31,135 nucleotides of DNA from a virus (taxonomy: Duplodnaviria > Caudoviricetes). The translations under genes were made by a program, and so were the position numbers. Each line of letters begins with the position of its first letter. Position 1 is the first letter of the stretch. Below, piece after piece: positions 26,012 through 31,135 of the stretch. Under the pieces are notes generated by a model. It was given only the letters and a program-made list of their open reading frames with translations, did no database searches and was not told the origin of the DNA. The stretch spans positions 1-31,135 of the IMG/VR virus record IMGVR_UViG_3300017780_000967; one strand, written 5' to 3'.

Positions 26012-26214
26012 TGCCTAACATTATACCAGCACGTAAAGCACGTAAGCGTGGAACTGTATCAAAGTACCATGTTGCTCAGAAAGACAAGGGCATTAGCCCG
26101 GGTCTGCGTTTAGAAATTAAGCGTCTAGGTACTTCCTACAGAAGTCAACAGAGCATGCTACAGCATTCTAAAGATGTAATCAAACAAGGCAAGGGTGGAG
26201 AGGGAGTTTACTAA
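26011..26214 (+). CDS. Small basic protein (67 aa)
   Basis: TAATG overlap; Arg/Lys-rich. Confidence 0.65.
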   Translation: MPNIIPARKARKRGTVSKYHVAQKDKGISPGLRLEIKRLGTSYRSQQSMLQHSKDVIKQGKGGEGVY

Positions 26215-26215
26215 T

Positions 26216-26374
26216 ATGATGAACAATGATGGCGGAATGAATTCGTCTCCACTAAGAATGAAGCCTTACCTGTCCGAAAAAGTAGTAGGACGAAAAAAAC
26301 CTAAAAGACCTCTAAAGCAAACTACTCCCCCTATAAGTATGCGTGGTCGTCCAAGGGCTTCAAGAGGTCGTTAA
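26216..26374 (+). CDS. 52-aa basic microprotein missed by the track
   Basis: MMNNDGGMNSSPLRMKPYLSEKVVGRKKPKRPLKQTTPPISMRGRPRASRGR*; SD GGAGAGGGAG; fills the gap exactly. Confidence 0.7.
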   Translation: MMNNDGGMNSSPLRMKPYLSEKVVGRKKPKRPLKQTTPPISMRGRPRASRGR

Positions 26375-26376
26375 TT

Positions 26377-26664
26377 ATGGTAGCAAAGAAAGACTCACGT
26401 TTAACACGTGCTGGTGTTTCTGGCTACAACAAGCCAAAGCGTACACCTACCCACCCTAAAAAGTCACACGTTGTTGTGGCTAAGGTTGGATCACAGGTTA
26501 AGACCATTCGCTTTGGTCAGCAAGGTGTGTCTGGCTCCCCAAAGAAATCTGGGGAGTCAGCAGCCTATGCTGCACGTAGACGGTCATTTAAGGCACGTCA
26601 CTCATCTAACATTTCTAAAGGTAAAATGTCCGCAGCGTACTGGGCAGATAAGGTAAAATGGTAA
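26377..26664 (+). CDS. Conserved basic phage protein (DUF5754-like)
   Basis: KTIRFGQQG...SFKARH...SAAYWADKVKW pattern; family assignment is from memory. Confidence 0.7.
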   Translation: MVAKKDSRLTRAGVSGYNKPKRTPTHPKKSHVVVAKVGSQVKTIRFGQQGVSGSPKKSGESAAYAARRRSFKARHSSNISKGKMSAAYWADKVKW

Positions 26665-26945
26665 TGGCTGCTAAAAAGAGACTAGTTAAAAAGGTCTACG
26701 GACCTTACGAAGGTAGCAAAGAAAACGGTGGTCGAAAGATTTACGTTATTAAACGTGGTCAAAAAGCAACGTCAACTAATGCTGCTCGTCTAGATTACAA
26801 ACGTGCTACCGGTAAATCCTTATCTAAAAAGACTCACGTAGATCATAAAGACAATAACCATAAGAATGGTAGCACATCTAACCTTAAAGCAATGAGCGCA
26901 TCTAAAAACATTGGCAAGGGTAATAAGAATAGGAAAAAGAAGTAA
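26664..26945 (+). CDS. Small basic HNH-motif protein (93 aa)
   Basis: HVDHKDNNHKNGSTSNLKAMSASKN; start at the TAATG overlap (26664). Confidence 0.75.
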   Translation: MAAKKRLVKKVYGPYEGSKENGGRKIYVIKRGQKATSTNAARLDYKRATGKSLSKKTHVDHKDNNHKNGSTSNLKAMSASKNIGKGNKNRKKK

Positions 26946-27844
26946 TGGCAACATTTGGCTCCATGACCGATGAAGTTGTACGTAAACTAGCAGGGTTTAC
27001 ATTACGTCAAGATCGTCAAACACATCTTACTGTTGCCGCTAGTGCAACTGCAACTAGTATTACTGTTGCTTCTGCTGCTAACATCTCAAGTGGTGTTATT
27101 CAAATTGACGATGAATTAATCTATGTAGATTCCTTTGACCGCAACTCTGGTGTGCTTAGCATCCCTCCTTACGGTCGTGGATACAATGGTACATCTGCTT
27201 CTACGCATCAGAATGGTGCACGCGTAACTATATCTCCTACTTTCCCTTCCATGGATGTAAAAGATGCAATCAATGAAACTCTTCTAGCAACCTTCCCCGC
27301 CCTATACACCACTGGTACACATACATTTACATACTCACCAGCAAAGTCCACTTATGCCTTGCCAGAGGAAGTCGAAAGCGTGCTTTCAGTAGCATACGAA
27401 ACTATTGGTCCATCTAAAGAATGGGCTCCTATTCGCAACTGGCGTGTCGACCCTATGGCTAATACTGATTCCTTTAATTCTCGTAATAGTATTAGTTTAT
27501 ATTCTGGTGTAGAGACAGGTCGTACTGTTCAAGTATTCTATACGTCTGCCCCTACTGTTATGGATTCAAATGATGATGACTTTGAAATTGTAACTGGTCT
27601 ACCAGCATCCTGTAAGGATGTAATTGTTATTGGTGCAACAGCACGTTTAACTTCTTACATTGATCCCGGTCGATTGACCTTTGGTTCTGCTGAGTCCGAT
27701 CAACAGTCTCAAGTTGCTGGTCGTTCCTACGGTGCAGGAACTAACGCATCTAAATACTTACTTGCTCTTTACGACAAGCGTCTAGCCGAGGAAGCAAGAA
27801 AACTTAATGACCGCAACCCAATCCGCATTCACTTCACTCGATAG
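26945..27844 (+). CDS. Head-tail adaptor/tail tubular protein A-like
   Basis: 299 aa, position, and VKDAINETL...YALPEEVESV adaptor-like pattern. Confidence 0.6.
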   Translation: MATFGSMTDEVVRKLAGFTLRQDRQTHLTVAASATATSITVASAANISSGVIQIDDELIYVDSFDRNSGVLSIPPYGRGYNGTSASTHQNGARVTISPTFPSMDVKDAINETLLATFPALYTTGTHTFTYSPAKSTYALPEEVESVLSVAYETIGPSKEWAPIRNWRVDPMANTDSFNSRNSISLYSGVETGRTVQVFYTSAPTVMDSNDDDFEIVTGLPASCKDVIVIGATARLTSYIDPGRLTFGSAESDQQSQVAGRSYGAGTNASKYLLALYDKRLAEEARKLNDRNPIRIHFTR

Positions 27845-27851
27845 GTAAATC

Positions 27852-28814
27852 ATGTCCCGTAATTATTCCTCTATTTCTGAAGAAAAAACTTTAGCAGCAA
27901 ATGTTACAGAAGCATCAACTACACTTACTGTAAATGAGAGTACAACCGGACTTCCAACGGTACCATTTGTTTTTGTAATAAATCCTGATACTGCTCTTGA
28001 AGAAGCGGTTCTTGCTACTGTTAAATCTGGGTCTACTTATACGATTACACGTAACATTGAGGGTGGCGGAGTTAAATCACATACCATTGGACAATCAGTT
28101 CGTCACATGATTGTTGGTTCTGATTTACAGTTAGTACATAGTCATTTAGATAATACTACTACTGCACATGGAATTGATACAAAGGCACCACTAGCAAGTC
28201 CTACGTTCACTGGAACTGTAGTGCTTCCATCTGCAACTTCAATAGGTAATGTAACTTCTGCTGAACTTGGTTATGTTGATGGTGTTACATCTGCTATCCA
28301 AACACAATTAAATGCATTAACAAGTAGTATTGCTAGCATAGTAACTGTACCTACTGGTGTTATTAGCCAGTTTGCTGGTCCTATTACAAGTCCTCCAGCC
28401 CCTCCAACTGGTTGGCTTTTGTGTGATGGAACTGCGGTAAGCCGTAGTACTTATGCTACGTTGTTTGGAATTGTTAGCACCACGTACGGTATAGGCGACA
28501 ACTCAACTACATTTAATCTTCCAAATCTAAAGGGTAAAGTTCCTGTTGGTCTTGATGCAAGCCAAACAGAGTTTAATTTACTTGGTGAAACTGGTGGAGT
28601 AAAGACTGTAATACTTGACATAACACAAATACCAGCCCACACTCATGCTGGTCAAATTGTATTTGATTCAGGTAATGATGCTGGCACTGGAAGTACTGGT
28701 GTGACAGCCAACGGTGTTGGCGATTCTCAACCTGCTGTTGGTACAACTGGTGGCGGATTGTCACACGATAACTTGCAACCATACATCGTAGTCAATTACA
28801 TAATCAAGATCTAA
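27852..28814 (+). CDS. Tail fibre protein with phage tail-collar domain
   Basis: PTGVISQFAG...PTGWLLCDGTAVSRSTYATLF...TTFNLPNLKGKVPVG...HDNLQPYIVVNYIIK. Confidence 0.9.
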   Translation: MSRNYSSISEEKTLAANVTEASTTLTVNESTTGLPTVPFVFVINPDTALEEAVLATVKSGSTYTITRNIEGGGVKSHTIGQSVRHMIVGSDLQLVHSHLDNTTTAHGIDTKAPLASPTFTGTVVLPSATSIGNVTSAELGYVDGVTSAIQTQLNALTSSIASIVTVPTGVISQFAGPITSPPAPPTGWLLCDGTAVSRSTYATLFGIVSTTYGIGDNSTTFNLPNLKGKVPVGLDASQTEFNLLGETGGVKTVILDITQIPAHTHAGQIVFDSGNDAGTGSTGVTANGVGDSQPAVGTTGGGLSHDNLQPYIVVNYIIKI

Positions 28815-28823
28815 GGAGCATAA

Positions 28824-30827
28824 ATGCCAACTTATGACATTACAGAAGATGCACCGATTGATCTTGCCCTTCCATCAACTGTAGCAACTTTTGAGTTAAC
28901 TGATACTGCGTACGATGTTGTTATTGATGATCTACCGTTTATTGTTAAGGTAAACAATCAAGACCCATATCGTCGTGAGACTGCTCCGTACAAGAAGGAT
29001 CAGTTTGATAATAGCACTGAGCCGGGTGAGCAATCACTTACTGGTTGGTGGCTACGCTCACAGACATCATGGCATAACGGTGCAGGTGTTACGTTTTACG
29101 AACCAGGTACTGACTACGAACATGTAAGCCATAGGTTTGCTGATAGTCGTGGTGTAGACGTATGGACTTTTGGTGAAGCAACAATCTTACCAGAAGTATT
29201 TCATGCATACACAGGTGCTGCTGGTATAAATGCTGCTACTGGTAATAATGCTGGCACTGATGTACTTGTATCTGGTGATGCCAATGGTATACTAAAAAGA
29301 ATTACTCTTAATGGTAACTCTACCGCTACAACTGCAGATTACGTGCATACAGGAACTTCTTACCCAGAGGGTCACAATGGATCAAACTTTGGTTTTACTT
29401 CGGTAACTACATCTGGTGGAAAGTACTATGCTACCTGTAGTGGTGCTATTCACAGAGGTACTATTGGCACATTGAATTCTGATGTAGTATTTGCTAGACA
29501 TTCTGCTACTACAAATGCATTCGTTAAGTATGCTAAGGGATTTATTTTCTTTGGTGAAAACCATGTACTAAATCTTTTGGATGATAGTCAAGGTAATACT
29601 AGTGCACATACCGGAGCACTACCTGCTGGAAAGCAGTATGATTCACGAACACATCTTGACTCTACCTTTGTTTGGAATGACATTGCTGGTGGTCAAACAC
29701 ATATCTATGCTTCGGGCAATGCTGGCAACAGTGGTGAGATTTGGAAAATACCATTTGATGGTACGCCAACATCCACAAGCAATGGAACGTTACTTCCAGA
29801 CCTATCTAGTTCAACTGTAAATGTCACCCTTCCGGATAGTGAGTTAGTTAAAGCAATTCACTTCTACTTGGGGTACTTAGTTGTTGGAACTAATAGGGGA
29901 ATAAGAATTTGTCCGGTTGGTACTGATGGCGATTTAATTCTTGGTCCTTTATTAGTTGAAACTTCTTATCCAGTTAATGGATTTACTGAACGTGGTACAT
30001 ACATTTACGCTGCTACTAAAGCAGACGCTGGTGCTTACACAAATGCCATACTAATTCGCATTGACTTAACTCAATCATTTAATGATGGAACTTTTGCATA
30101 CGCATTTGATCTCGAGTATCAGACAAACTTACAACCATCAAGTTCAGAAGCAACTGAAGTTTACAACCTAAATAATCGTTTAGTTATGGTTGTTCAGGAA
30201 GATGGGACTGGCGAACTTCAAGTTGAACATAGTTCACTTAAGCGTTCAAGTGGTTGGTTACAAACTGGAAAGATTCGCTATGGTACTATTGAACCTAAGT
30301 TCTTTAGGTACATTAACGTACAGTGCACCACCGGTCAAGGAGATACCATTACAGTATCAACCATAGATAGAAACGGTACGGAAGAATCACTGATCAATGT
30401 GTCTGAAGGTTTAAGTAATAAAGATATTCTTATTGCTTATCCATCAACTAAACAAGAATACATGTCATTTAAATTTACATTTAATAACGTAACAGATGAT
30501 CAAGACTTGCCAGTGATGGAGGCTTATCAAGTTAAATCTACACCTGCAACACGTCGTCAACGCTTATACCAATACCCATTGTCATGTTATGATCAAGAAA
30601 TGGATAGATTTAGTTCTGTCTTTGGTTATACTGGTCGTGCCATGGAAAACATTCAACGTATTGAAGGTATTGAAGAAACAGGTAAGTTTGTTACTGTAAC
30701 GGATTATCGTATTGGTGAACAGTATGATGGTGTAATTGAATCAGTTAGTTTTACAAGCGAATCATCCCCCGATAAGAATAACAATGGCTTTGGTGGCTTA
30801 TTGTTAATAACAGTTAGGAAACTATAA
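28824..30827 (+). CDS. Tail nozzle/tubular protein B-like (667 aa)
   Basis: Beta-rich, propeller-like composition; size and position; SD TAAGGAG. Confidence 0.65.
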   Translation: MPTYDITEDAPIDLALPSTVATFELTDTAYDVVIDDLPFIVKVNNQDPYRRETAPYKKDQFDNSTEPGEQSLTGWWLRSQTSWHNGAGVTFYEPGTDYEHVSHRFADSRGVDVWTFGEATILPEVFHAYTGAAGINAATGNNAGTDVLVSGDANGILKRITLNGNSTATTADYVHTGTSYPEGHNGSNFGFTSVTTSGGKYYATCSGAIHRGTIGTLNSDVVFARHSATTNAFVKYAKGFIFFGENHVLNLLDDSQGNTSAHTGALPAGKQYDSRTHLDSTFVWNDIAGGQTHIYASGNAGNSGEIWKIPFDGTPTSTSNGTLLPDLSSSTVNVTLPDSELVKAIHFYLGYLVVGTNRGIRICPVGTDGDLILGPLLVETSYPVNGFTERGTYIYAATKADAGAYTNAILIRIDLTQSFNDGTFAYAFDLEYQTNLQPSSSEATEVYNLNNRLVMVVQEDGTGELQVEHSSLKRSSGWLQTGKIRYGTIEPKFFRYINVQCTTGQGDTITVSTIDRNGTEESLINVSEGLSNKDILIAYPSTKQEYMSFKFTFNNVTDDQDLPVMEAYQVKSTPATRRQRLYQYPLSCYDQEMDRFSSVFGYTGRAMENIQRIEGIEETGKFVTVTDYRIGEQYDGVIESVSFTSESSPDKNNNGFGGLLLITVRKL

Positions 30828-31060
30828 TGGTTGAAATTGGTAAAAAAATTGCCGCAGCGTTTGCTGTGGCTTGTCTTGGTGTAATTGGTGCTGGCTCTTT
30901 GCTAGGTGTCGAGGTATGGAAGTCTGCAGCAATGGCAGGTATCGGTGCTTGTGCAGTTATTGTTGAAAAGTTATGCCGTGCATACCTTGAAGATGGTAAG
31001 TTAACTGCAAAAGAAGTAGACGAAGTCTTTGCGTCATACGAAAAAGGTTCTAAGAAGTAA
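30827..31060 (+). CDS. Putative holin (two TM segments)
   Basis: Two hydrophobic stretches and a charged C-terminal tail; lies at the end of the tail module. Confidence 0.6.
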   Translation: MVEIGKKIAAAFAVACLGVIGAGSLLGVEVWKSAAMAGIGACAVIVEKLCRAYLEDGKLTAKEVDEVFASYEKGSKK

Positions 31061-31135
31061 TTGAATAAACTATTCCGTATAGGAATTGTTTTATTTATAG
31101 CGACTATGTTCATGGTGTCTTCACCAACCAGTGCG
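31061..31135 (+). CDS. Partial ORF beginning with a signal-peptide-like sequence
   Basis: TTG start right after the holin stop: MNKLFRIGIVLFIATMFMVSSPTSA...; runs off the window edge. Confidence 0.5.
   Translation, partial: MNKLFRIGIVLFIATMFMVSSPTSA

Noticed and set aside
7420-26214. Many proteins end in Gly/Lys/Arg/Glu motifs (KGK, RRGE, GKG, KGKK) resembling Pup-like or protease tags
   Set aside because: Explained by the next gene's Shine-Dalgarno sequence (AAGG/GGAG) overlapping the coding end.
1-31135. tRNA/rRNA genes, integrase, stop-codon reassignment
   Set aside because: No cloverleaf or recombinase motifs were seen, and standard-code ORFs tile the window with all three stop codons in use.

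Overview
A 31 kb segment of a tailed dsDNA phage genome with podovirus-type architecture. The host is probably a low-GC actinobacterium (inference from gene order and an NGGxSL membrane protein). Bases 1-3190 are an early/accessory region: a leftward string of small, often Cys-rich ORFs ending in a truncated putative amidoligase, plus one rightward orphan gene. This region carries sigma70-like promoters and a repeated 18-bp palindrome. Bases ~3540-31135 are one rightward, translationally coupled morphogenesis operon. It encodes, in order: terminase with an N-terminal HTH, portal, a proteasome-beta/HslV-like Ntn hydrolase, three large putative ejection proteins, scaffold and major capsid protein. 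Then come collagen/Gly-rich fibre cassettes, a GT2-TPR glycosyltransferase, a cluster of very basic proteins, an HNH protein, tail adaptor, collar-domain fibre, tail nozzle and a holin-like protein. Several real ORFs under 60 aa are missing from the supplied track. The most notable items are: a pseudoknot-containing RNA leader before scaffold/capsid; the Ntn protease in the head module; an early-region-only palindrome family that coincides with a GATC-free zone; no AGCT found anywhere; duplicated plug-and-socket fibre cassettes next to a glycosyltransferase; and paralogous histone-H1-like basic proteins. All motif counts were made by eye and no database searches were run.
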